NCBI GenBank assembly: GCA_040766225.1
Contig: JAXGQX010000002.1
Span: 90,243-154,242 of the forward strand
Origin: Bacillota bacterium
GTDB lineage: Bacteria > Bacillota > Sulfobacillia > Fermentithermobacillales > Fermentithermobacillaceae
Reading direction: 5' to 3'
DNA length: 64,000 bases
Part shown: in pieces, positions 41,406 to 51,391 of the stretch
Numbering within the stretch: position 1 is the first letter of the stretch
Layout of the letters: every line of letters starts with the position of its first letter
Notes under the pieces: model-generated
Told to the model about the DNA's origin: nothing
The model's database searches: none
What the model saw: only the letters and a program-made list of their open reading frames with translations
Program-made: the position numbers and the translations under genes

Positions 41406-42113
41406 GACTCCCTTGTGGCCCTTTTTTCTGTCACGGCGGGTGAACCCGAGCATCAAGGCGTACCGCATGTCTCTGACTTCTATAGCCAGTTTCCTTATGC
41501 ATTGTTCCAATCGCAAGACATCTTCCCGTTCCGCGGCCAAATGCGTGTAGAGCTCCCGCCTCAAGTCGGAGATAACCTGCCTCAAAGCCTTCTCGGCGTC
41601 CTCAGTCTCCGCCGTCTCAGTTTCGGCAGCCTCAGTCTCCGCGATCTGGGTTTGTGCCTCCAAGTTTGTCTCGGTCCTCGCCCAGACAGAGGGTTCGATC
41701 AGGCGAAACCCCGTTATCGGGGGCCACACTTCTGGAAACCGTCCTTCCTCAGGCAATCTTCCCGTCTCCGGTTCGGTAAGCGCGGGAGGGCATGCCGCCG
41801 AGGCTGTCGCCGCCGTCTGGGTCTCTGTCTGCTTCATGCGGGAGAGCACTTCCTCGGGCCAACTGCCGGCGCTCTTGGCCGACCTCAACTCTTGTCGGAT
41901 TTCGTCATCAACGGCTCCTTCTTTTCGACGTCTGGCGACAAATTCGATGGCAGGCAAGAGAGATTCCGACACTGCTTTTGACATGCCGAATCCTAGGACA
42001 TCCGCAAACGCTGTGCGAATGCTCCGCATTTCTTTAACGGACAGGTTGAGCCTTTCACCCACGTCTGCCCACAGGAGTTCCCTTGCCCGGGCGTCTTCTG
42101 TTGGAGCGGTCAT
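41385..42113 (-). CDS. Hypothetical protein: N-terminal HTH-like region, low-complexity linker, C-terminal coiled coil
   Basis: LLWADVGERLNLSVKEMRSI; E/T/A-rich linker; heptad-like C-terminus. Confidence 0.7.
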   Translation of the reverse strand: MTAPTEDARARELLWADVGERLNLSVKEMRSIRTAFADVLGFGMSKAVSESLLPAIEFVARRRKEGAVDDEIRQELRSAKSAGSWPEEVLSRMKQTETQTAATASAACPPALTEPETGRLPEEGRFPEVWPPITGFRLIEPSVWARTETNLEAQTQIAETEAAETETAETEDAEKALRQVISDLRRELYTHLAAEREDVLRLEQCIRKLAIEVRDMRYALMLGFTRRDRKKGHKGVSSLLLG

Positions 42114-42292
42114 TTGGAATCACTCCCTGATGTTCCAGTAAATAGGAGATTCTCCGGCGGGAGGGCGGATCCCTTCACCTTTTAGCTATTCTCCTAGGGA
42201 AGTTCAACCAATTTGCCAATTGTGTTAGACTATCTCTTGGTTATTGGCCTGTCCAGTCTGTCCAATTCAGTAGAGGAAGGTGCAGAAACCTC

Positions 42293-44396
42293 ATGAGCGA
42301 CCTGTCTTCTTTGATCCATCCAAAGTCGATTGCCGTAATCGGAGCTTCCAACACACCGGGCAAAATCGGTTATGCGGTGGTCGACAACATAAAAGCCAGT
42401 GGTTATCGCGGAGAAGTGTACCCGATAAACCCGAAAGAGCCGGAGGTTCAAGGCTATAAGGCGTACCCCTCCATCCTAAACGTAGAGAAGCCCGTGGATG
42501 TCGCGGTGTTTTGCGTGCCCGCGGCCGCGTCATTGGCGGTTGCGGAGGATTGCGGCAAAGCCGGAGTCAAACACCTAATCGTCATCACCGCCGGCTTCAA
42601 AGAGGTTGGCGGCGAGGGCAAAGAACTTGAGCGGAAACTCGTCGAGATAGCCAAGAAGTACGGCATGCGCATAACCGGGCCGAACAACCTGGGTATTATG
42701 GACACCCATACGCCCTTCAACGCTACTTTTGCCAAAGATATGGCCCTTAAGGGTAACATAGCCTTCATATCCCAGTCAGGCGCTTTGTGCGTGGCTATCC
42801 TTGACTGGAGCCTTCAGCGCGGCCTTGGTTTTAGCCAGTTCATCAGCATCGGCAACAAGGCGGACCTCAATGAAGCGGATTTCATCACGGCTGCCGCCGA
42901 CGATCCGAACACCAAGGTCATCTGCCTCTACCTTGAAGACGTGGTGGACGGAGACAGGTTCATTGAAGCCGCGCGAAAGGCCACCAAGAAGGTGCCTGTG
43001 ATAGTCTTCAAGTCGGGCATCACCGCGGCGGGAGCCAAGGCGGCTTCGTCTCACACCGGCGCCTTGGCGGGCTCAAACACCGCCTACGACGCCGCTCTGA
43101 GGCACGCCGGCGTTATCAGGGCAGAGACCATGGCCGAGCTTTTTGACTTGGCTATCGCGTTCACAACTCAGCCGGTGCCTAAGGGCAAGAACGTGGTGGT
43201 GGTCACCAACTCGGGCGGACCGGGCATCGTAGCGTCTGACGCCGTCGAGACAAACGGCTTAAAGATGGCGAGTAATCAGCGAACACATCGAGAAAGAACT
43301 AGGCGAGAAGTTGCCTCCGGCCGCTAACATCCACAACCCTGTAGACGTGGTGGGAGACGCTAAGTCCGACAGGTACAAGATCGCCCTCGACATAGTCATG
43401 AAAGACCCTGCCGTTGACGCCGTCGTGGTGCTCTTAAGCCCCACCGCTCCCTTGAACATCGTCGAGGCCGCCCAGTACACCATAGACGCGGCGAAGGCTA
43501 ACCCCGGAAAAGGCCGTGGTAGCCTCTTTCATCGGCGGCGCCAAACTTGAGGCGGGCGTAAAGCTTCTGAACGAGAACGGAATCCCGGTCTACCCCTTCC
43601 CCGAGCCCGCCGTCGACACTTCGCGGCATGATTCACTTTGAGAGCCTTCGCAGAGAGGTTGAATCCGGACAGCAGTGGGATTTTGACGATGTCCAGAAAG
43701 AAGCGGTCAGAGCCATCTTCGAGAAGGTCCAAAAAGACGGACGGACCTGCTCCTAAGCCCCGAAGCGGCCGAAGTCGCCGTGAGTTGTACAAGATCCCGG
43801 CGGCTCCGTCCAAACTGTCGACCACCGAGGAAGAAGCCGGGCAGTTTGCCGAAGCTATCGGATATCCTGTGGTCATGAAGATCGCGTCCCCCGACATCAT
43901 GCACAAGACCGACGTGGGAGGCGTCAAGGTTGGCCTGAAGACCAAGGAAGAAGTCCTGGCCGCGTTTAGGTCCATCATGGAGAACTCCGTGAAAGCCGTC
44001 CCCGACGCCAAGATTTACGGCGTGGAAGTCCAGAAAATGATGCCCAAGGGCGACGAGATCATAATAGGTATGGCCAAGGACCCGACGTTTGGGCCCATGA
44101 TCGCGTTCGGTTCCGGCGGAGTACTGGTGAACCTCTTGAAGGACGCCTCCTTCAGGCTTGCCAAGCGGCCTCCTGTGCCGAGGTTTCGGAGATGATCAAG
44201 GAGACTCAAGGCGTATACCATCTTGAAGGGCTTCCGTGGGGCCGCTCCGGATGACATACCCGCCCTAGAGGAAGCTATTGGACGCGTCGCGCAACTGTGT
44301 AGGGATTTCCCGGAGATCGCCGAGTTGGATATTAACCCGGTGTTTGCGTATCCTAAGGGTCTGAGCGCTCTAGACGTCAAGATCAAGATATCGTAG
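42293..44396 (+). CDS. ADP-forming acetate/acyl-CoA ligase, fused alpha-beta (apparent frameshifts ~43280, ~43560-43750, ~44165)
   Basis: IAVIGAS..GKIG, GPNNLG, SQSGA, SSHTGALAG, NPVDVVGDA, HKTDVGGV, ELDINP across frames. Confidence 0.88.
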
Positions 44397-44462
44397 AGTT
44401 CAATATAACGGCCGCGAAAACGCGGCCACCTACGGATTCCTGGGAACAAGGGGGCCTTAAGT

Positions 44463-44651
44463 ATGTTCGACATCGAAGATACTCCCGAAAAGGTCATCCG
44501 CGCACTCCGGAGAATCGCTCCAGTCAAAGAAGCGCCCGTCCGAAAGCCCCAAAGGACGGAAGGTCCGTCGCGATAGGCCTGGCCCCTGAGAGTGGACCCG
44601 AAGCACTACAACGACGAGATACCCGATCCTGAGGTAGGAGACCCCGAATAG
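44463..44651 (+). CDS. Unannotated small ORF with in-frame TAG at 44574-44576
   Basis: Purine-rich RBS-like run, MFDIEDTPEKVIRALRRIAP..GPSR*AWPLRVDPKHYNDEIPDPEVGDPE*. Confidence 0.35.
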
Positions 44652-44659
44652 AAGGAGTC

Positions 44660-45583
44660 CTAGGCCAGAGTCGACAGGCTTCTCAGTCGCGCGATGGTCT
44701 CGTAAGGGACGTGTACGTTGCCTAAGTCTTCCCCTTCGCTTTTGGACGAGCCGTGGTAATCAGAACCCCCGGTAACGCAGAGGTTGTGCTTTGCCGCCAA
44801 GTTCAAGTACCGCTCACAATCCTCCCGACCGTGTTCCGGATGGTACGCTTCCAGTCCTTTCAGCCCGCGGGCGACCAGGTCGGGCAGCAGGTGATCCGCT
44901 CTAGTGGTCCCGGGATGAGCCCACACCGCGACCCCGCCGGACTCGCGAATGGCTCTTACAGACTCTTCGGGACTTAAGTGTTCTCTCTCGACGTATCCAA
45001 TCTTCCCTCTCCCGATGAACCGATCGAATGCTTCCCCTATGGTCGACACGTACCCATTCTCAACCATGACGGCGGCTATATGGGGCCTTCCAATAGACTC
45101 GCCCTTGGCTAACTCCAAGACTCTGTCTTTCGGGACCGGCATACCCAACTGGCATAGTCTTTCTATCATGTCGTCGATCCGGCGTTTTCTCACGTCTCTG
45201 AGCTCTTTCAGAAGGTCTTGGAATGGGCCATCCTCGAGAGGTACGAAGTACCCCAGTACATGGAGTTCTCTGCCCTGCCAGTCGCTGTTGATCTCGATGG
45301 CCGGAACGACTTCCACACCGTTTTTGGTGATGGAGTCCAATTGGTTTCTGATGCCCGAAGCTCCGTTAAGCAGGGATCGGACCCCTCGGGTGGTGTCGTG
45401 GTCGGCTATGGCGATGGCGGAGAGTCCTCTCTCCGAAGCCAAAGCGACCAGGTCCTCCGGCGGGGACACGCCGTCAGAAGCTGTCGAATGGACGTGAAGA
45501 TCGGCTATTGGCGCCGAAATGAGACTGCCCTGGCCGGTGCCAGGACAGTCCGCGTCATGTAAGGTCTTTTTCCGAGTCATCAA
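44660..45583 (-). CDS. PHP-domain phosphoesterase (TrpH/YciV-like)
   Basis: DLHVHSTASDG, IADHD, GRPHIA, AHP, TGGSDYHG. Confidence 0.92.
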   Translation of the reverse strand: MMTRKKTLHDADCPGTGQGSLISAPIADLHVHSTASDGVSPPEDLVALASERGLSAIAIADHDTTRGVRSLLNGASGIRNQLDSITKNGVEVVPAIEINSDWQGRELHVLGYFVPLEDGPFQDLLKELRDVRKRRIDDMIERLCQLGMPVPKDRVLELAKGESIGRPHIAAVMVENGYVSTIGEAFDRFIGRGKIGYVEREHLSPEESVRAIRESGGVAVWAHPGTTRADHLLPDLVARGLKGLEAYHPEHGREDCERYLNLAAKHNLCVTGGSDYHGSSKSEGEDLGNVHVPYETIARLRSLSTLA

Positions 45584-45591
45584 ACCTCGCG

Positions 45592-45855
45592 CTATCCCCT
45601 TGGTCCAACAATCAGCTTAATTGCGGTCCGCTCCTGCCCATCAATGAGTATGTCTGTAAATGCGGGAACGCAAACCAAGTCGATTCCTGCGGGGGCCACA
45701 AACCCTCTGGCGATCGCGACTGCCTTGATTGCTTGGTTTACGGCGCCGGCTCCGATGCCCTGAATCTCGGCATAGCCTCTCTCTCGGATTACGCCGGCCA
45801 GTGCTCCGGCTACCGCGTTAGGATTCGACCGCGAAGACACCTTTAGGACTTCCAC
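45592..45855 (-). CDS. spoVS: Stage V sporulation protein S
   Basis: VEVLKVSSRSNPNAVAGALA..GAGAVNQAIKAVAIARGF. Confidence 0.95.
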   Translation of the reverse strand: MEVLKVSSRSNPNAVAGALAGVIRERGYAEIQGIGAGAVNQAIKAVAIARGFVAPAGIDLVCVPAFTDILIDGQERTAIKLIVGPRG

Positions 45856-46029
45856 ACAACTCGTCTCTCTGCGGTCTAGATTGCTTACTCCCACCATAAT
45901 CCCCCCGATTGCATCATTGACAGAAGAAGCGAAGAAGCCACTAGTAATTGCCAGTAGCAACACACATTCTAAATGGGGCAGTGGTATTTGGCAAGAAGAT
46001 TTTGACGATGGAAGGAAAGTGCCCGTAGT

Positions 46030-46811
46030 CTATTCCCGAATTGTGATCCGTTGAATCGAACGAGCGCTTCCGGACCCGGAAATCTCACAAAAGACGCCGC
46101 ACAACTGCCTGCGTCCTTTCGCCGGTTCGTGTCTGGCCGGCAGTTGGGTCAGAAAACGCTTCAGGATGATGTCCCGCTCGACTCCTATATTGACCCCTTC
46201 GTAGCTTCGGTCATGCCGGCGTCGGTGATATAAGCGGTGCCCTTTGGCAGGATTGCTTCGTCCGCGGTCTGGACGTGGGTGTGAGTCCCGAAAAACGCGC
46301 TCGCTCTGCCGTCCACGTAGTAGCCGGCGGCCACCTTCTCGGAAGTCGCCTCGGCGTGGAAGTCCACCACTATGACGGGGGTAGTCTGGCGGAGTCTCAT
46401 GATCTCCAGGTCCATGGCCCTGAAAGGACAGTCTAGGTTTTGGGGTGAAAAGACTCGACCGCAGACGTTGAGGACGCCAACGGTGTTTCCGTCTCGAGCC
46501 AAGAATAGGCCCGACCCCTTGCCCGGGACGCCTTGAGGATAGTTGATCGGCCGCAAAATGCGGCGTTCTGAATCTAGAGCGGGGAGAATCTCTTTCTTGT
46601 TCCATATGTGGTTCCCGGAGGTTATGACATCTACGCCTGCGGAGAACAGCTCCTGGGCCACTTCGGGCGTAAGCCCGGCGCCGCCGGCAGCGTTCTCGCC
46701 GTTGGCTATTACCAGGTCGGCTTGGTGGCGCTTAATGAGAGAGGGCAAGTGCGCCGAAAGAAACTCCCTGCCCGGTGACCCAAAGATGTCACCTATGAAG
46801 ATCAGGTTCAA
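46030..46811 (-). CDS. ymdB: YmdB-like metallophosphoesterase (apparent frameshift ~46200)
   Basis: GDIFG, NGENAAGG, TSGNHIW, VDFHAEATSEK, GTHTHV. Confidence 0.93.
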
Positions 46812-46836
46812 TGTCGGTCACCTGCCCTCTCCATCC

Positions 46837-47363
46837 TCACTTATCGAAGACCAAGACCCTTTCTCCCTCGCGTAAGGCTACAAGTTTCTTGGTGCTTTTC
46901 AAAGTCCGTACTTGGTCTAGCATTTCCTGAAGGAACAGCCTTGCCGACCATGAGTACTCTTCCCCATCGTCGATACCGTCGCCGTCCTCGGTTGCCATGA
47001 CCAGCTTTACCCTGTCGGATATGAGGTCCACCGTGAGACTCAGTTCGCCTGGGGTGAGAGACGACACGTCCCGCTCCACCAGAAACGCATGAAAGCGGTC
47101 CATTCTCTCCCACGACGCGTTGGCGTAGGTTTGTCTTGCCCGATAAGCAGGCCATACACGTCGATTGAGTCAAGATACAACTCGCATAGGCTATCCCTCT
47201 TGGGCTTCCCAAGAGGCCCCCTGCACAAAAATACCATGCCCAAAGTCTTCTTGTCCGGGTCGTACGTCGCCCTGGACACCTGGGGATAAGCCACCAACAA
47301 CGTGGCTAGGACCTCAACGTCCTTCCTGGACGTATGCCTTCTCGAATCGCCTGACCTTGTCAT
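46837..47363 (-). CDS. Hypothetical protein between rny and ymdB (apparent frameshift ~47100)
   Basis: ORFs 47040-47363 and 46837-47103 join into one protein-like sequence; tight operon spacing. Confidence 0.6.
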
Positions 47364-47382
47364 CTCTGTCCCTCCCCAAGTA

Positions 47383-48912
47383 CTACTTGGCGTAACCTAC
47401 GGCTCTGGTCTCTCTGATAACCGTTACTTTGACCTGGCCGGGGTATTCGATGTCTTTCTCGATCTTCTTGACGATATCCCTGGCTAGCCTCACGGCTCCC
47501 AGGTCGTCGATCTTCTCGGGTTTCACCATGATCCGGATCTCCCGACCGGCTTGGATGGCGTAGGACTTCTCCACTCCTTCGAAGGAGTTGGCGATGTCCT
47601 CCAGCTTCTCTAGCCTCTTGAGATACATCTCAAGGGTCTCCCGGCGGGCGCCCGGTCTTGCGGCGGAAATCGCGTCAGCAGCCGCTACCAAGAACGCCTC
47701 CACGGTCTGCGGTTCCACGTCTTGATGGTGGGCTTCCATGCCCCTGATGACGTCCTGTGACTCCCTGTACCTCCTCAGCAAGCTCACGCCGATGCTGACG
47801 TGGGAGCCTTCCATCTCGTGGTCGACAGCCTTGCCGATGTCGTGAAGAAGCCCCGCACGGCGGGCTACGGCCACATCGCAGCCCAGTTCGCTGGCCATGC
47901 TGGCCGCCAAGTGGGCCACCTCAACCGAGTGCTTTAGGACGTTCTGACCGTAGCTGGTACGGAACCTTAGCCGCCCCAAGAGCTTAATTACCTCAGGATG
48001 CAGTCCGTGAACGCTTAGGTTCAAAGCCGCCTGTTCGCCCTCTTGTTTGATGAGGTTGTCGACGTCCTTTTGGGCCTTCTCCACCATTTCCTCTATGCGG
48101 GCCGGGTGAATCCGTCCGTCGGATACCAGCCGCTCCAAGGCCAACCTGGCGACTTCCCGACGAATCGGGTCAAAGCCGGAAAGTATGACTGCCTCCGGAG
48201 TGTCGTCGATGATAAGGTCTATGCCCGTGAGGGTCTCCAGGGCACGGATGTTGCGCCCCTCTCGGCCGATGATCCGGCCCTTCATCTCGTCGCTGGGCAG
48301 CTCGACCACAGACACCGTGTTTTCAGCCACATGGTCGGCCGCGCACTTCTGGATGGCCAAACTGATGACGCTTCTGGCCCTGCCGTCGGCCTCTTCCCTG
48401 GCGGTCGCCTCAGCATCTCTCACTATTCGGGCCGTCTCGTCCTTTAGGGCCTCCCGCACCTCAGAAAGGATCCTCTCTTTGGCCTCGTCCCTGGTCAGCT
48501 GGGATATTCTCTCCAGTTCCTTCATCGCGTCTTCGCGAAGGGATTCCAAGGACTTGCTCCGTTCCATCAAGGACCTTTCCTGCTTGGAAATGTTCTCCTC
48601 TTTCTGACTCAGCACTTCTTGACGCCTGTCCAAAGACTCCTCTTTGTTAACAAGCCTCCGTTCCATGCGCAGGACTTCTTGTCTGCGCTCACGTACCTCT
48701 TTCTCCAACTCGTCCCTGATCATCTGGGCGTCGTCCCTAGCCTCAATCAAGATCTCTCTCTTCTTGGTCTCGACAGCCTTTATGGCTTCGTCATGGATGC
48801 GCTTAGCCTCAGCTTCCGCCGAGCCGATCTTGGCTTCGCCCAACGCCCGCCTCAGAAAATAGCCTGAGGCCAGGCCGATAATCGCCGTTAACACTGAAAT
48901 TCCCCAATGCAC
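47383..48912 (-). CDS. rny: Ribonuclease Y
   Basis: N-terminal TM, coiled coil, KH ([14 protein letters not shown]), HD (LLHDIGK), GREIR; GTG 48912 is 8 nt after GGAGG. Confidence 0.97.
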   Translation of the reverse strand: MHWGISVLTAIIGLASGYFLRRALGEAKIGSAEAEAKRIHDEAIKAVETKKREILIEARDDAQMIRDELEKEVRERRQEVLRMERRLVNKEESLDRRQEVLSQKEENISKQERSLMERSKSLESLREDAMKELERISQLTRDEAKERILSEVREALKDETARIVRDAEATAREEADGRARSVISLAIQKCAADHVAENTVSVVELPSDEMKGRIIGREGRNIRALETLTGIDLIIDDTPEAVILSGFDPIRREVARLALERLVSDGRIHPARIEEMVEKAQKDVDNLIKQEGEQAALNLSVHGLHPEVIKLLGRLRFRTSYGQNVLKHSVEVAHLAASMASELGCDVAVARRAGLLHDIGKAVDHEMEGSHVSIGVSLLRRYRESQDVIRGMEAHHQDVEPQTVEAFLVAAADAISAARPGARRETLEMYLKRLEKLEDIANSFEGVEKSYAIQAGREIRIMVKPEKIDDLGAVRLARDIVKKIEKDIEYPGQVKVTVIRETRAVGYAK

Positions 48913-48935
48913 AAAGGTCACCTCCCTCTAGAAAA

Positions 48936-48962
48936 CGACAAAAAGCCGGACAACGCCCGGCT
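48936..48962 (-). terminator. Intrinsic terminator just upstream of the rny RBS
   Basis: AGCCGGGCGTTGTCCGGCT followed by TTTTGTCGTTTT on the minus strand. Confidence 0.75.
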
Positions 48963-49115
48963 ATGCTGGCAGAAGTGACTATATAGCGGTCCAAGACCGA
49001 GAACGAACCAGTCTTCAGACTGTCTTGAGACCTAAGACCAATACTCGCTTGTCCGGGGGGTCACCCGGACTAAAGGCCAGTATTCGCTTAAAATACTCGA
49101 GTATATCAGTCATAC
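48936..49115 (-). ncRNA. Candidate structured leader or sRNA in the recX-rny intergenic region
   Basis: Outer stem TGACT(G)ATATA/TATATAGTCA encloses two hairpins; terminator follows. Confidence 0.45.
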
Positions 49116-49157
49116 CATTGTGTCATCTTCAGTTCTCCAGAATAGCGCGTTTGCTGT

Positions 49158-49646
49158 CTAGGTGAGAGCCTGCCCCGCCTCGTCCCTTAGGACCGAGTAG
49201 ATAGCGTCCGCTTCAAACCCGCGACGCCATAGCCACCGAAAGAGCCGCTCTCGTTCCTGGTCTTTCAAAGAACCTGTCCCGCGACCGTTCAGGTACTTGG
49301 AAGCCGCCCGGCGGGCCAAGTCCGCCTCGGAAAGATCCTTATAGGCTTCCGCTGCTTCTTCTTCTGCGAGGTCCTTGTCGAAACCTCTTTTCACAAGATC
49401 CCACACTGCCCTCTGTCTGCCTACAGGGCAGTCTCTCAACATGTACTCCAACACGTCTTTGGCATAACTTCTATCGTTCAGATAGCCCCAAGAGGAGAGC
49501 TGCAGAAGGCATTTCTGGCTCTCCTCCGGGTCACAGCCTTTCTTAAGGAGCAAATCCTTCACCTGGCCTGACGTCATCCTGCGCCTTGCCAGAGACCTAA
49601 GCGCGATATCCATAGGGCGGACCGGCCGCCCAGAGGCACGATCCAC
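49158..49646 (-). CDS. recX: Regulatory protein RecX
   Basis: ALRSLARR, GYLNDRSYA, L.KRGF, FRWLWRRGF; directly downstream of recA. Confidence 0.9.
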   Translation of the reverse strand: MDRASGRPVRPMDIALRSLARRRMTSGQVKDLLLKKGCDPEESQKCLLQLSSWGYLNDRSYAKDVLEYMLRDCPVGRQRAVWDLVKRGFDKDLAEEEAAEAYKDLSEADLARRAASKYLNGRGTGSLKDQERERLFRWLWRRGFEADAIYSVLRDEAGQALT

Positions 49647-50683
49647 TAGGCCTCGTCGGATTCAACCTGATCCGACGCGCCTTCGGTTTTGACGGCCCCG
49701 GAAATCAGGAAAGCCCTTACTCTGTCCTCGATCTCTTTACTTACCTGCGGGTTTTCCTTCAGGAACGTCCGGGCCGATTCTTTGCCTTGCCCAAGCCTAA
49801 GGTCACCGAACGAATACCACGTGCCCGTCCTTGTGACTATGGATTGGGATACGCCCACATCCAGGAGAGAAGCTTCCCTGGAGATCCCTTCTCCGTAGAT
49901 GATGTCGAATTCTGCCTGCTTGAAGGGGGGCGCCAATTTGTTCTTGACTATCTTTACCCTGGTACGGGCACCGATAGCTTCTTGCCCCTGTTTTAGGTTT
50001 TCTACCTTTCGGACATCCAACCGGACCGATGAGTAGAATTTCAGAGCCCTTCCGCCGGGAGTAGTCTCGGGGTTTCCGAACATGACCCCGATCTTCTCGC
50101 GTATCTGGTTGATAAATATGGCGGTGGACTTTGACCTGGATATGACCGCGGTCAGTTTCCTAAGGGCTTGGGACATAAGTCTCGCCTGCAGTCCTACGTG
50201 TGAATCTCCCATCTCGCCTTCAATCTCGGCTCTTGGCGCCAAAGCCGCCACCGAGTCTACCACGATGCAGTCGACGGCTCCGCTTCTGATGAGCGCGTCC
50301 ACTATCTCCAGACCTTGTTCGCCTGTATCAGGCTGTGATATCAAAAGGTTGTCTACGTCGACTCCGATTCTCCTGGCATAGGTGGGGTCGAGGGCGTGCT
50401 CGGCGTCGATGTACGCTGAGATACCGCCCAATTTCTGCGCCTCGGCGATTATGTGGAGGGCCACTGTAGTCTTTCCTGAACCTTCAGGCCCATATAGCTC
50501 CACAATCCTGCCCCGGGGCAGACCGCCTACCCCCAAAGCAATGTCAAGCGCCAGGGCACCGGTGGGGATAACCTCTACGGCCATTTTCTGGGAGGCTTCA
50601 CCCCAACGCATTATGGAACCTTTCCCGAACTGCTTCTCAATCTGAGCAACCGCGAGTTCGAGAGCTTTATCTTTCTCTAGCAT
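49646..50683 (-). CDS. recA: Recombinase RecA
   Basis: [48 protein letters not shown]. Confidence 0.98.
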   Translation of the reverse strand: MLEKDKALELAVAQIEKQFGKGSIMRWGEASQKMAVEVIPTGALALDIALGVGGLPRGRIVELYGPEGSGKTTVALHIIAEAQKLGGISAYIDAEHALDPTYARRIGVDVDNLLISQPDTGEQGLEIVDALIRSGAVDCIVVDSVAALAPRAEIEGEMGDSHVGLQARLMSQALRKLTAVISRSKSTAIFINQIREKIGVMFGNPETTPGGRALKFYSSVRLDVRKVENLKQGQEAIGARTRVKIVKNKLAPPFKQAEFDIIYGEGISREASLLDVGVSQSIVTRTGTWYSFGDLRLGQGKESARTFLKENPQVSKEIEDRVRAFLISGAVKTEGASDQVESDEA

Positions 50684-50776
50684 TCGCTCTACCTCCGTAG
50701 ACACCCGCGCTACCCTGGCAGCGCCTTCCTAGTTGAAAGTATAACATTCCAGATGGGAAGCCACAACCAACCACGT

Positions 50777-51391
50777 CTAGCCTCCCAGCGTGAACCCCTC
50801 AATTGGCCGGTAACGGGGCCCATCGGGCCTAAGCTCGCTTCGAAAGAGGTGGATTTCCTGGACTCTAAACGGTCTTCGGCCCTCTTGAGTCTCCACGGGC
50901 CCAAAAGAAGTCCTCCAAGTCAAAGCCGAAAGACCGGGCGCCTTCGTCCGGCGGGAAGCCCTCGCCACCGTCACATGGGCCGAAAACGGCTTATTGTCGG
51001 CATAGGAGGCTTCGGCCAAGGATTCCCTGACTCTCATTGCCAGAGAAGAGACTTCTTTGGCGCCTGTATCTATGCCGACATACAGCACATTTGGGTTTCC
51101 TCTGGAGGGAAAACTTCCAGGTGGCCCCAAGGACATGTCAAAGGGGCTAAACCCGGAGACCGCCCGTCTCAACAAGTCTCTAATTGCGGGGACGTCCTTC
51201 TTCGGGGTGTCCCCCAGGAACAAGAGCGTCACATGATAGTTCTCCGGCATGACCCATTTGTAATCCTTGTGCGCGTATCTAACACTCGCGGTAGCTTCCC
51301 AGAGATACGACCGGGTTTCGGCCGGAAGGCTCACGGCCACAAACCCTCGAAGACTCTGGCCCGGGATGTTAGTCGCCACGCGCCCTCTCAC
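50777..51391 (-). CDS. thpR: RNA 2',3'-cyclic phosphodiesterase (2H family)
   Basis: Two HxT motifs (YHVTLLFLG, AHVTVAR), SEL..DGPRY. Confidence 0.88.
   Translation of the reverse strand: MRGRVATNIPGQSLRGFVAVSLPAETRSYLWEATASVRYAHKDYKWVMPENYHVTLLFLGDTPKKDVPAIRDLLRRAVSGFSPFDMSLGPPGSFPSRGNPNVLYVGIDTGAKEVSSLAMRVRESLAEASYADNKPFSAHVTVARASRRTKAPGLSALTWRTSFGPVETQEGRRPFRVQEIHLFRSELRPDGPRYRPIEGFTLGG

Noticed and set aside
50684-50776. SOS box upstream of recA
   Set aside because: No GAAC-N4-GTTC-like site found; only a possible sigmaA -10 (TATACT).
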